From a virus (Duplodnaviria > Heunggongvirae > Uroviricota > Caudoviricetes), in the IMG/VR virus record IMGVR_UViG_3300008110_000029: a stretch of DNA of 64,000 nucleotides; one strand, written 5' to 3'. Positions within the stretch are counted from its first letter, which is position 1; every line of letters begins with the position of its first letter. Positions 26,566-35,589 of this stretch are shown piece by piece. The notes beneath the pieces were generated by a model that worked only from the letters and a program-made list of their open reading frames with translations, searched no databases and was not told the DNA's origin. The position numbers and the translations under genes were made by a program.

Positions 26566-27210
26566 ATGAATGGTAAAATAGGTTTATTTTTACACCAGCC
26601 AAAATGTTCCGTTCAGAGCGGGAACGGAATCATGCAAGCACTGTATCCGCACTATTCTTTTAAAATTTTCACTAAGCATGAGATAGAAGACGATTTTTTC
26701 AACAATCTTGATATGGTCTGCTTTCCCGGTGGGTTTGGGGACAGTGATGCTTTTGACTATCTTTTACCAAACCATATTAAAAGTATAAAAAAATTTATAA
26801 ATCGTGGCGGAAAGTATCTTGGTATCTGCATGGGAGCATATTGGGCAGATAAAGATTACTTTGATATATTAGAAGATATTAGAGTAGAACAATATATCAA
26901 ACGTCCTAACACAGATACAAAAAGACCACATGCTAAAGCCATAGATGTTAAATGGTTTAATAGATCAGAAAAAATGTATTTTTATGATGGTTGTACTTTT
27001 GTTGGGGATCGTTCAAAGTTTGAAACAGTGTCAACGTATGCTAATGGTGATCCAATGGCTATTATTAAAAATAACATTGCACTAATTGGTTGCCATTTGG
27101 AAAGCGAACGGCATTGGTACAACAGTTATAGTTGGATGCCACGTCACTGGCATAAAGGTTCTCATCACAAATTACTTTTAGAGTTTGTCGACAGATTTTT
27201 GACCAAATAA
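26566..27210 (+). CDS. Class-I glutamine-amidotransferase-like fold protein
   Basis: 'LDMVCFPGGFGDSDAFDYL...GGKYLGICMGAYWA' resembles a GATase1-like nucleophile elbow (G-x-C-x-G). The start was taken at the internal ATG (the track's 26509 start overlaps the previous gene). Confidence 0.35.
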   Translation: MNGKIGLFLHQPKCSVQSGNGIMQALYPHYSFKIFTKHEIEDDFFNNLDMVCFPGGFGDSDAFDYLLPNHIKSIKKFINRGGKYLGICMGAYWADKDYFDILEDIRVEQYIKRPNTDTKRPHAKAIDVKWFNRSEKMYFYDGCTFVGDRSKFETVSTYANGDPMAIIKNNIALIGCHLESERHWYNSYSWMPRHWHKGSHHKLLLEFVDRFLTK

Positions 27211-27387
27211 TTCTCCGTCTTTTAAAAATTTAATCAAATCGTCTTGTTTGACCAAATACTGCCGTCCATTTACATTGACTAATTTAAAATAGTCTCCGCC
27301 CTTCCAGCCTAATCCATCTGAATCAAATTCTGGATCTAACAGAATTCCTTTTTTATTAACCACCCACTCGTATTCAAAATTTTTCAT
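27178..27387 (-). CDS. Hypothetical protein (69 aa)
   Basis: Only minus-strand ORF in this block. It is divergent from the promoter at 27401-27429. Confidence 0.35.
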   Translation of the reverse strand: MKNFEYEWVVNKKGILLDPEFDSDGLGWKGGDYFKLVNVNGRQYLVKQDDLIKFLKDGELFGQKSVDKL

Positions 27388-27400
27388 CCTTTATTTATTA

Positions 27401-27429
27401 TTGACTTTGTCCAAACTATCTGCTATAAT
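27401..27429 (+). promoter_or_regulatory. Near-consensus sigma70 promoter TTGACT-N17-TATAAT
   Basis: -35 TTGACT at 27401-27406, 17-nt spacer, -10 TATAAT at 27424-27429, 30 nt upstream of the ATG at 27459. Confidence 0.55.
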
Positions 27430-27458
27430 CTACATATTATTCAGTTGGTAAATAGACG

Positions 27459-28268
27459 ATGAAAATTAGATTAGTATCAGATCTCCATTTAGAATTTTCA
27501 GATTGCTTCGATATTAAGAATGATGATAATATCGATGTCTTAATTCTTGGCGGTGACATTATGATCGCCAGTAAAGTTCTAAAACCTCAAAGTGAATACG
27601 GTATTCGTTTTCGTGACTTTCTAAAACGAATGAGCTTTCAGTTTCCTCATGTTATCTACATAATGGGCAATCATGAATTTTATAGTGATGGTCATTGGGT
27701 AGGTAGTGTTGAACAAATGCGCATGGCTTGCGGTGTACATGATAATATCTACATGTTGGAGAGAGATACTAAAATTATCGACGATGTAGTTTTTGTTGGT
27801 GGAACATTATGGACAGACATGAATAAGTACGATCCATTAACTATGCATGCCGTCCGAGACATGATGAACGATTATCGTGCTATTCGTAATGATCAGGCTG
27901 GATATCGAAATCTTAAACCTGCCGACACTGCCGAACGTCATCGTCAAACAGTAGATTATATTAAACATGTTGTTAAAGAACACAAAGATAAACAGTGCGT
28001 AGTAGTTGGACATCATTCTCCAAGTTGGTTAAGTGTGCATGAACAATATAAGAATGATTACATAATGAACGGTGCATATCACAGTGATCTCTCTAATATC
28101 ATGTTAGATAATCCTAATATTAAATTGTGGACGCATGGCCATACACATCATTGCTTTGACTATATGATTGGAGAAACTAGGATAGTTTGTAATCCTAGAG
28201 GTTATCATCAGGCAAGTGGGTGGAGTGAAGACACTAACTGGAACCCTTCATTATGTATAGAAATTTAA
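27459..28268 (+). CDS. Calcineurin-like metallophosphoesterase
   Basis: 'SDLHLEF', 'GGDIMIA', 'GNHEFY' and 'GHTHH' are the canonical metallophosphatase motifs. Confidence 0.72.
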   Translation: MKIRLVSDLHLEFSDCFDIKNDDNIDVLILGGDIMIASKVLKPQSEYGIRFRDFLKRMSFQFPHVIYIMGNHEFYSDGHWVGSVEQMRMACGVHDNIYMLERDTKIIDDVVFVGGTLWTDMNKYDPLTMHAVRDMMNDYRAIRNDQAGYRNLKPADTAERHRQTVDYIKHVVKEHKDKQCVVVGHHSPSWLSVHEQYKNDYIMNGAYHSDLSNIMLDNPNIKLWTHGHTHHCFDYMIGETRIVCNPRGYHQASGWSEDTNWNPSLCIEI

Positions 28269-29062
28269 TCTTATTAATCCTGTTGTTCCCTATTAAGAGT
28301 TGGGCCGAATCCAACTCTTATCTTTATAATATCACCAATGATAAAATTGTCATGGGCGATAGATTAGATGAAGTACGACCAATTGCCAGCATAACAAAAA
28401 TTATGACTGCTATGATTGTATTAGACTACTATAAATCGTTATCTGATAAAATTAAAACTGGCACCGGAATGCTACCTCGTAAAGAGTATACTCTCGAACA
28501 AATACTAACTGCTATGTTGGTACGAAGTGATAATGGCGCTGCAGAAACATTGGCTAGAAATTTTCCCGGAGGTAGGAAGGAGTTTCTAATCCAGATGAAT
28601 CGCAAAGCCAATCAACTTAAAATGTATAATACCAACTTTGATGATCCAACAGGATTGAGTAGAAAAAACGTATCTTCTATTCACGATCTTAGTTTAATGA
28701 TGACAACGGCTCAAAAATATTCTAAAATTAGAGAAATTAGCATTAAGAAACAGGCATTATTTGAAACCAAATATAAAAAGAAAATTAGAACTATTCATTT
28801 GCATAATACTAATACACCAATACTTTTTGAATTTGATACTGTAGTGGTGTCTAAAACAGGGTATACCAACCCAGCTGGATGGTGTGTGGCAATGGTAGTT
28901 GAAAAGTTCAATAACACTTATGTTGTAATTGTCTTGGGTGCTAAAAACAAAGCGCATCGTATTGACAAAGTTAAGGAAATCATGTATAATCATATTGTTG
29001 ATGAAAGAGTTTTTGATAAAGACATAGACTATGATTTCCAAATCCCCCATCCTATTTTATAG
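28253..29062 (+). CDS. Serine-type D-Ala-D-Ala carboxypeptidase (PBP5/6, peptidase S11 family) with signal peptide
   Basis: Signal peptide 'MYRNLILLILLFPIKSWA'. S-x-x-K 'ASITKIMT', S-x-N 'RSDNGAAETLA' and K-T-G 'SKTGYT' are all present. Confidence 0.75.
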   Translation: MYRNLILLILLFPIKSWAESNSYLYNITNDKIVMGDRLDEVRPIASITKIMTAMIVLDYYKSLSDKIKTGTGMLPRKEYTLEQILTAMLVRSDNGAAETLARNFPGGRKEFLIQMNRKANQLKMYNTNFDDPTGLSRKNVSSIHDLSLMMTTAQKYSKIREISIKKQALFETKYKKKIRTIHLHNTNTPILFEFDTVVVSKTGYTNPAGWCVAMVVEKFNNTYVVIVLGAKNKAHRIDKVKEIMYNHIVDERVFDKDIDYDFQIPHPIL

Positions 29063-29504
29063 AAAAGAAGGTCGCCGTTATATTCCGGTAGCAGAATATG
29101 ACAACGAACTATTAGATAGTTTCCCCAAAGGGGATCATCTTGTGTCTGTATACCCCGGCGGCACTAGTCGTCGCTTTAAGATTGATCCAGCTTATGCTCC
29201 TATGATTGCTGCGGGTCGTGTTGCCGAAGACAAAATCTGTAGGGCTATCGCCAAAGCCGCTGAACTACGTCCTCCTCGTTCTCCAATTACTCCTCAGCAG
29301 AAGAAAGCCTGGGAAGCATTGGCCAAAGCATTTGGCGATGAACTTTGTACCTTACAAGGATTGAGCATTCATGATTGTGCAGAAGCAGGTATTAAAGCTA
29401 TGCAGGAAGAAGCAGATAAACTTTTAAAACATGAAAGTGTTCGAAAGGCGTATGATCATTTTATGTTAATGTGCGAACTTACAAAAGAAAATACAGGAGA
29501 TTAA
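29031..29504 (+). CDS. Hypothetical protein (157 aa)
   Basis: ORF only. Confidence 0.4.
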   Translation: MISKSPILFYRKEGRRYIPVAEYDNELLDSFPKGDHLVSVYPGGTSRRFKIDPAYAPMIAAGRVAEDKICRAIAKAAELRPPRSPITPQQKKAWEALAKAFGDELCTLQGLSIHDCAEAGIKAMQEEADKLLKHESVRKAYDHFMLMCELTKENTGD

Positions 29505-29505
29505 A

Positions 29506-29685
29506 ATGGCACTACCATTATTAATAATTGGATTTGCTTCTTTGTTTGGCAGTGGTTGTACCTTTATGGACTGGCGCAGTCATCGAGAAGAAACATCTAA
29601 AATTGTTTGGACTGTTGGTCTGGCTATTATTGGTATGTATATGGTAGTTGCTGTTATTGGACAGTTAGTAAGGCATTGCTCATGA
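29506..29685 (+). CDS. Small two-TM membrane protein (59 aa; not in the supplied ORF track)
   Basis: ATG at 29506 preceded by CAGGAGA. 'MALPLLIIGFASLFGSGC...VWTVGLAIIGMYMVVAVIG'. Its stop overlaps the next start (ATGA). Confidence 0.3.
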   Translation: MALPLLIIGFASLFGSGCTFMDWRSHREETSKIVWTVGLAIIGMYMVVAVIGQLVRHCS

Positions 29686-30317
29686 GTTTTAATTTAGGTG
29701 ATATTTGGTCATATGAAGATAAAACTAGGAATCTTCCTAGTATTCAAGTAGTACGATATCCAACTATCCATTATCAAGATTGGTTTCCAGTATCTGTAAT
29801 CAATCCTAATTTTGAAAAAGGTCCTTGGATTGCTGGCGGTGCTGGTTTACGTTGGTATCAAGGAATTCCTGTAGGGGAAAGCGACATAGATGTATATTGT
29901 TCTTCTCCCATGCAGGCAGAGCAGTTACAACAGAAAATTTTTGCTTCAATGGCCTGTACAGAAAAATACAAATCAGATAACGCTGTTACATTAGAAGTTT
30001 CAAAAGATGATCAGACATGGACTGTACAAATAATTAAGAAAAACTATTTTACTGATATGCAAAAAGTCATTGATAGTTTTGATCTATCAGTTTGTCAAGT
30101 TGCTACTGATGGAAATACCTACTTGTTAGGCAATCATACAGCCAAGGATATTCGTGAACGCAACTTAAGAATGCGTATGCCTTTACAAGCAGATGCACTC
30201 AAGCGCCTTATCAAATATTGGACCTACGGGTATCGTCCAGTAGACGGATTATTAGAAGCAATTCAACACAATCCAGTAGGTCGTTGGGAATTTAACCCTG
30301 CAGAGGATTATCTATGA
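29682..30317 (+). CDS. Hypothetical protein
   Basis: The start was taken at the ATG overlapping the upstream stop (the track lists 29607). Confidence 0.4.
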   Translation: MSFNLGDIWSYEDKTRNLPSIQVVRYPTIHYQDWFPVSVINPNFEKGPWIAGGAGLRWYQGIPVGESDIDVYCSSPMQAEQLQQKIFASMACTEKYKSDNAVTLEVSKDDQTWTVQIIKKNYFTDMQKVIDSFDLSVCQVATDGNTYLLGNHTAKDIRERNLRMRMPLQADALKRLIKYWTYGYRPVDGLLEAIQHNPVGRWEFNPAEDYL

Positions 30318-30706
30318 GAGCAGAACACAGTTGGAGTTTATTAGATCCAAGACCAGTTTTAATGTATCTAGAACATCACGATGATTATATCGTCTATTGG
30401 AATGGTGTTGTTATGCCACACAGCTATGCACTTGCTATGGCAGTAGAACAGTTTGGAATTTATGCTACTCCAGAAATGAAAAATGCAAGGTTGACAAATT
30501 ATAAGAAATTATATTATACTAACGCATTTGAAACTCGAGCTTGGGACAGTAAGATAATGGATCATGATGTTTATTCATATCTAAAAAATATAATGTCATA
30601 TCATATTACTAAAACATGTGAAGGTAAAGAACCACAAGAAATATTATCCTGGTTTGATTATAAACGAGCCAGAACAGAAAATTATCAACCAAAGGAAGAG
30701 AAGTAA
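30314..30706 (+). CDS. Hypothetical protein (130 aa)
   Basis: ORF, ATGA coupling. Confidence 0.4.
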   Translation: MRAEHSWSLLDPRPVLMYLEHHDDYIVYWNGVVMPHSYALAMAVEQFGIYATPEMKNARLTNYKKLYYTNAFETRAWDSKIMDHDVYSYLKNIMSYHITKTCEGKEPQEILSWFDYKRARTENYQPKEEK

Positions 30707-30918
30707 TGGATATGAATCAAGCAGCAGTATTTTTAGCAGGTAGTGTTTTAACTATGATTGGTTTTATAGTTATAGTTGTGGGATTAGTTATTATTAACAA
30801 TATTCTTCATAGGTATTGGAAACCTGTTAAGATGTGGAAATTTGATGTATATCCTCCGCAGTTCATGCATCAAGAACCTTTAATGGATCAACCTAAAGAA
30901 AAGGAACTTAAGAAATGA
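30706..30918 (+). CDS. Small membrane protein (70 aa)
   Basis: One TM 'AAVFLAGSVLTMIGFIVIVVGLVIINNIL'. Confidence 0.35.
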   Translation: MDMNQAAVFLAGSVLTMIGFIVIVVGLVIINNILHRYWKPVKMWKFDVYPPQFMHQEPLMDQPKEKELKK

Positions 30919-31424
30919 TTACCTTAAAACAGTTCATGGAAACCGTTGACTACCGTATCACTGAAGGTAGTGAGTATATGTGGCAATGCTACGGTCCTAA
31001 TGCTTATAGATTAGATTCATGGTCTGGCGATCAAGACGGGCATTCTGTTAGTATTGTATTCGATACTAAAACTCAAGAAGTCTACGAAGCCAGCGCATAT
31101 GATTATAAAAATCAACGTGCCTATAGATTGATTAATACTGATTATAAGACGGATCACGATGACGAATCTGAGGATCGTGGTGTGTTAGGTAATCAAGCAT
31201 GGGATGATGTTAATTATGTTGATCTAGATGTCGATGAAGACTTTTTAGAAAAAGCACAGGCAATTGTAAATGAGGAAGATTACGACACTCGGGTTCAAGT
31301 TCAAGTAGAATTTACGGATGACGAACTATTTCGTTACATGAAATTTGCACATGATAAAGATATAACATTTAATCAATTAGTTGAGGAAGCTGTAAAATCA
31401 GCAATCAAGGAACACCAAGCATGA
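30915..31424 (+). CDS. Hypothetical acidic protein (169 aa)
   Basis: ORF, ATGA coupling. Confidence 0.4.
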   Translation: MITLKQFMETVDYRITEGSEYMWQCYGPNAYRLDSWSGDQDGHSVSIVFDTKTQEVYEASAYDYKNQRAYRLINTDYKTDHDDESEDRGVLGNQAWDDVNYVDLDVDEDFLEKAQAIVNEEDYDTRVQVQVEFTDDELFRYMKFAHDKDITFNQLVEEAVKSAIKEHQA

Positions 31425-31609
31425 TTAAAGTTGTACTGTCGTTCTTAGTTGTTGCTGTTGTATTTCATTTTGTAATCGAATCTTGGAGATATACTTCAGG
31501 AAAAGAACGTTGGAATAGTATAAAAACCTTGACATACAGTCTAGGTCTTGCTACACTAACTTTCATAGCATTATCGCTATTTGTTTTTTTATTTTAAGGA
31601 TTTACACAC

Positions 31610-32407
31610 ATGAAACGTATCGCAACTCTTGGCCTTATCGCTGCCGCTGTGTTGGCAACTGGCTGTACTCGTATTGAAACCGGTGAGGTTGGTGTACGAG
31701 TTGGTTTTGACAAACAGGTTCAACCTGGTGAACTATTGCCTGGTTCGTTTAATCAGGTATTGATTGGCGACGTGCTTACATTCCCTATCAAGGATGTCAA
31801 CGTCACACTAGAGAACATGACTCCTGTGGCCAAAGATAATAGCACAATGAAAGACTTTGATGCTGTGGTTGTTTACAACATCAACCCACAACAAGTATCA
31901 GAACTGTATGCTACCAAGAACAAGGCTTTCCACGCTGACTTCAAAGGCGACACTTATGTGATGTATAACTACATTGTTCAGAATGCTCGTAATGCTATCT
32001 ACAAAGCCGCACGTAAGTACGAAGCCTTGGACATGGCAGACAATCGTGGCGAAATGGAGAAGTTCATCCAAGACGAGATCGTTCGCAACTTGTCAGAAGA
32101 AAAGTTGGACGGTACTATTATGATTAGTCAAGTGCTGATTCGTAATGTTGTGCCAGCAGACAGTGTGGTTGAATCAGCTAACGCATTAGTTCGTTCAAAG
32201 AACGAGTTGAAGCAGAAGGAAGTTGAAGTTAAGACTGCTGAAGCCGAAAGCCGTCGTATGGCAGCATTGGCTAACAACTCAGGTGCATCAATTGCATTCA
32301 TGCAGGCCCAAGCCATGTTAAATATCTCCGAAGGTATTAAGAACGGTCAAGTGCAGACTATTGTAGTGCCTTCAAACTTTAACGCTTTGATGTTACCCAA
32401 ACAATAA
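31610..32407 (+). CDS. SPFH/band-7 (prohibitin-like) lipoprotein
   Basis: Lipobox 'MKRIATLGLIAAAVLATGCT', then 'IETGEVGVRVGF' beta start and a long coiled-coil region 'ELKQKEVEVKTAEAESRRMAA', typical of SPFH domain proteins. Confidence 0.55.
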   Translation: MKRIATLGLIAAAVLATGCTRIETGEVGVRVGFDKQVQPGELLPGSFNQVLIGDVLTFPIKDVNVTLENMTPVAKDNSTMKDFDAVVVYNINPQQVSELYATKNKAFHADFKGDTYVMYNYIVQNARNAIYKAARKYEALDMADNRGEMEKFIQDEIVRNLSEEKLDGTIMISQVLIRNVVPADSVVESANALVRSKNELKQKEVEVKTAEAESRRMAALANNSGASIAFMQAQAMLNISEGIKNGQVQTIVVPSNFNALMLPKQ

Positions 32408-32575
32408 TGTAGGATTATTTCTTAGAGGTTAATTAGTGATATTAGAAATTATGATGTGGGGTTTTTTCTCCGCCTGGGGGTGGTTTGGAGCCAGTTATAT
32501 TAAAGATCAAATCTGGAAACCAGAAACTGTTGAGCAGGATAAGCAACAGAAACAAGAAAAGAAAGATTAATAATT

Positions 32576-32836
32576 ATGAATTATAATTTCAATATCACTA
32601 TGACAACTGATATATCTTCAACTATTGTAGAGGAAATAATAAAAAAAATAGTAGAAGAACAAACAGGTAAAAAAATTTCCTCTATAGAAGTTAAACTACG
32701 CCGAGTACAAAAAGGCATAGGTCCCAATGAATCAATTGACACTGTGTTTGACGGATATAACATTGTGTTTGTTGAAGAATCCACAAAAGGAAACAAACAA
32801 CCTAATACTGGATTTAAACCTGCTGTTTATCAATGA
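32576..32836 (+). CDS. Hypothetical protein (86 aa)
   Basis: ORF only. Confidence 0.3.
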   Translation: MNYNFNITMTTDISSTIVEEIIKKIVEEQTGKKISSIEVKLRRVQKGIGPNESIDTVFDGYNIVFVEESTKGNKQPNTGFKPAVYQ

Positions 32837-33159
32837 CTTTAACTAATCAAAGACTTATTGAAGAAATAAAAGGAATCCGCCGAGTGGTGATTAACATTTG
32901 CCACGGCGGATTTAGCCTTAGTGATCAAGCAATTGAAAAATATCGAGAGCTCACCGGTATAACTGATGAAAAATTTTGGGATCGAGATATATCAAGAGAC
33001 GATCCCTATCTAATTCAAATAATCAATGAAATGGGCGAAAAAGCCAACGGTTCTTACGCCGAATTAAAAATCGTAGAGATTCCTGCAGATGTTGATTGGA
33101 TTGTTGAGGAATACGATGGAAGAGAATGGATTGCCGAACGACATAGAACTTGGGACTAA
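32833..33159 (+). CDS. Hypothetical protein (108 aa)
   Basis: ORF, ATGA coupling. Confidence 0.35.
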   Translation: MTLTNQRLIEEIKGIRRVVINICHGGFSLSDQAIEKYRELTGITDEKFWDRDISRDDPYLIQIINEMGEKANGSYAELKIVEIPADVDWIVEEYDGREWIAERHRTWD

Positions 33160-33391
33160 ACTTAAACAAGTTTTAGCTACAAGATCTCGAGCTGTCTTTA
33201 GTTATCGTATCAACTTTGACACAATAGGATATGAATCTTTAGATCTCATGAGAAAGTGGTGTGAAGATAATTGCTCTGGACTTTGGCGATTAGAGCATGT
33301 CCACGCACTATATTTTCAATTTGAAAACGACAGAGATGCTACAATGTTTATGCTACGTTGGGGCTACTGTAGAAAAATTTTCCTTACCTAA
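33089..33391 (+). CDS. 'LKW'-family small protein, array member 1
   Basis: 'WCEDNCSGLWRLEHVHALYFQFENDRDATMFMLRWGY...'. Its start is uncertain (it overlaps the upstream ORF). Confidence 0.4.
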   Translation: MLIGLLRNTMEENGLPNDIELGTKLKQVLATRSRAVFSYRINFDTIGYESLDLMRKWCEDNCSGLWRLEHVHALYFQFENDRDATMFMLRWGYCRKIFLT

Positions 33392-33569
33392 TAATTTACA
33401 TGAATGGTTAATTCATGATTATGAAACGAATTTTTTAGGTCCAGGTAAACGATATCCAAAAAATTATTCAGATCAATATAAAAAAAGATATAATTGTCAT
33501 TATGATTGTCATTATTATACATTTGACTCAGAAAAAGATTATATGTTATTTTTGTTAAAATGGTCATGA
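33297..33569 (+). CDS. 'LKW'-family small protein, array member 2
   Basis: C-terminal 'CHYDCHYYTFDSEKDYMLFLLKWS'. The 5' part overlaps member 1 out of frame, so the start is uncertain. Confidence 0.4.
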   Translation: MSTHYIFNLKTTEMLQCLCYVGATVEKFSLPNNLHEWLIHDYETNFLGPGKRYPKNYSDQYKKRYNCHYDCHYYTFDSEKDYMLFLLKWS

Positions 33570-33958
33570 TTTATTCTTGGCAAAAAGAGATATTAGAAAA
33601 AATGACGCAGTACAAAGGTAAAGGTATGACAACAATTACTGGACGCAAGTTAGGCAAGAGTGCCTTTTCTGCTCAGGCTTTTCAACGACTGTGGGAAGAT
33701 CTTCATGCTCGCCCGGTGGAAGATCTTAAGCTCACAGAAGGCACAGTCTACGGTGCTAGATATTATTGTGTAGAACCAGTTGGTGGAGTATGGCGAGAAA
33801 TGGAAGCGTGGTGTGTCGAAACATTTGGTTCAGTTGGGGAACACATGTGGGGTAACGAGAAAGCACCAGACCCTGCACAGCGTTGGTACATGAACAATCG
33901 CAAGTTCTGGTTCCACAATGAAGTAGATAGAATGGTGTTTGTATTAAAATGGCGATAA
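33560..33958 (+). CDS. 'LKW'-family small protein, array member 3
   Basis: '...AWCVETFGSVGEHMWGNEKAPDPAQRWYMNNRKFWFHNEVDRMVFVLKWR'. Its start ATG lies inside the upstream K-W codons (TTAAAATGGTCATGA). Confidence 0.45.
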   Translation: MVMIYSWQKEILEKMTQYKGKGMTTITGRKLGKSAFSAQAFQRLWEDLHARPVEDLKLTEGTVYGARYYCVEPVGGVWREMEAWCVETFGSVGEHMWGNEKAPDPAQRWYMNNRKFWFHNEVDRMVFVLKWR

Positions 33959-34021
33959 AACTTTTAAGACGAAAAGTTATTATAAGACTGGGCCTTTAGC
34001 AGCTATTGATACTGATCTTAA

Positions 34022-34198
34022 AATGCCTGCAGTTCTAGTGGCACAGTTACAAGACTTTCTCTACGACAAAAAATATCATCAATGGACTGTATCCATTGAT
34101 GAAGAAGGTTACCTCTGTGTACAGTCTAGAAAGAATACACCTAGAACTAGATTAGGGTGGGGTATCTTTGAAAAAGATATAGAAAGACATTATGAATA
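34022..34198 (+). CDS. Small ORF (58 aa) within the array spacer, degenerate junction (CTTAAAATGCC)
   Basis: ATG at 34022. The stop overlaps the member-4 start (TATGAATAA). Confidence 0.25.
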
Positions 34199-34455
34199 AT
34201 TTAGAAGAAGAAATAACTCAAGAACTAGCTACACAGATGCAAAGTGAAATGGACTTTCATATTCTTTCTGATATGTTGGTCAAATCCTGCGGATGGAAGA
34301 AAGTCACATTAACCAGATTCTTTAGTCGTAAACATTCTGTGAATATTTTAATGTGGTGCGAAGAAAATATTAAAAATCCTTTTGAACATAGAGGAAGCAC
34401 TTTTGTATTTGAGAATGAAGGTGATGCTGTTAACTTTACACTAAAATGGTTATGA
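34192..34455 (+). CDS. 'LKW'-family small protein, array member 4
   Basis: '...WCEENIKNPFEHRGSTFVFENEGDAVNFTLKWL'. Confidence 0.45.
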   Translation: MNNLEEEITQELATQMQSEMDFHILSDMLVKSCGWKKVTLTRFFSRKHSVNILMWCEENIKNPFEHRGSTFVFENEGDAVNFTLKWL

Positions 34456-34676
34456 AAACTGCTAGAGATTTTCCTTACCAAACAGTTACTGATAGAACCA
34501 ATCATGGAAAAGCTGCAGAATGGTGCAAGGAAAAGTTTGGTCCTAGATGGGAAGCTATAGGATATAGAGAAGGTACATGGTGTACATTTTGGCAAGGTCG
34601 AGGCGTACCGGGAAGCTATGAATGGTTCTTTCTCAACGAACAAGATTATTTGATGTTTACTTTAAAATGGTTATAA
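34446..34676 (+). CDS. 'LKW'-family small protein, array member 5
   Basis: '...WCKEKFGPRWEAIGYREGTWCTFWQGRGVPGSYEWFFLNEQDYLMFTLKWL'. Start ATG inside the upstream 'AAATGGTTATGA'. Confidence 0.45.
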   Translation: MVMKTARDFPYQTVTDRTNHGKAAEWCKEKFGPRWEAIGYREGTWCTFWQGRGVPGSYEWFFLNEQDYLMFTLKWL

Positions 34677-34933
34677 AAACTTCTGTACACCATTGGCGTT
34701 TTGAGGACGGCAAGACAGTGCCTAACCCCAGTAGCCATTTCCCTTTAGGACCTCCTCCTCGTGGTTGGTACTGTTGGGTATATCCCGAAGACGATCATGA
34801 GTTTGAAGAATGGATGGCTAAGATGTGTCCTACGACAGATTGCACACACCGATTTAACGGTGGCGATCCCATGTACACCGTTTTTATTAAAGAAGATAAA
34901 GAAGCGACACTGTTTCAATTAAAATGGATGTAA
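34667..34933 (+). CDS. 'LKW'-family small protein, array member 6
   Basis: 'MVIKTSVHHW...WMAKMCPTTDCTHRFNGGDPMYTVFIKEDKEATLFQLKWM'. Start ATG inside the upstream 'AAATGGTTATAA' (the track lists the 34622 extension). Confidence 0.45.
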   Translation: MVIKTSVHHWRFEDGKTVPNPSSHFPLGPPPRGWYCWVYPEDDHEFEEWMAKMCPTTDCTHRFNGGDPMYTVFIKEDKEATLFQLKWM

Positions 34934-34936
34934 TAC

Positions 34937-35332
34937 ATGGCAAGATGGTATAAGGATATCGACAGAACTTTTCAAATTAATGAATATCTTTCTGATCGAT
35001 ATTCTTCAAATCATAAAGACAAGATTCGTTGGCCGGTAACAAATAAGTATGTTATAATAAACACCCCCGAAGGAGATCGCGTGGAAGAAGTTAAAGAGAT
35101 AATAGTTCATCAATTCTCGATGGGGGATGTTGAAGATCCAGATCTTTACGCTGCTACTCCTCTATGGGAGTGGGAGAAAAGTGAACAAGGACAGTGGGTA
35201 ATGAAAAATGCCGTGGATACCCCAACGTGGTATCGAATGGCTGATACCAGTATATTTGGTTACAAATATCAAATTAGAGCCAAGCTAATGGGTCCGGCAT
35301 TAACAGAATGGTTGTTGAGGTTTGGTGAGTGA
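34937..35332 (+). CDS. Hypothetical protein (131 aa) interrupting the array
   Basis: ORF. It ends '...EWLLRFGE', not a clear family member. Confidence 0.35.
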   Translation: MARWYKDIDRTFQINEYLSDRYSSNHKDKIRWPVTNKYVIINTPEGDRVEEVKEIIVHQFSMGDVEDPDLYAATPLWEWEKSEQGQWVMKNAVDTPTWYRMADTSIFGYKYQIRAKLMGPALTEWLLRFGE

Positions 35333-35589
35333 AAGATAATCCAAAACAATTTATTACTATGGCTCACAAAAAAGTGGGTTCGGTATTATTAGAAGATGAT
35401 AAACTGATGTCTATCTTAAATGGTTATCATATTGTACGATTAGAAGGTGACGACGACTTTAATGAAAAACTCACGTGGTGTATGGAACACTGTCAAAGTA
35501 AATTTCGAGATATAAGAGAATCTAACTGCCGTGCTTGGTATTTTCAAAATGAACAGGACGCCAGTATGTTTGCCATGAAATGGTCTTAA
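35329..35589 (+). CDS. 'LKW'-family small protein, array member 7
   Basis: GTG start. '...WCMEHCQSKFRDIRESNCRAWYFQNEQDASMFAMKWS'. Confidence 0.45.
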   Translation: MKDNPKQFITMAHKKVGSVLLEDDKLMSILNGYHIVRLEGDDDFNEKLTWCMEHCQSKFRDIRESNCRAWYFQNEQDASMFAMKWS

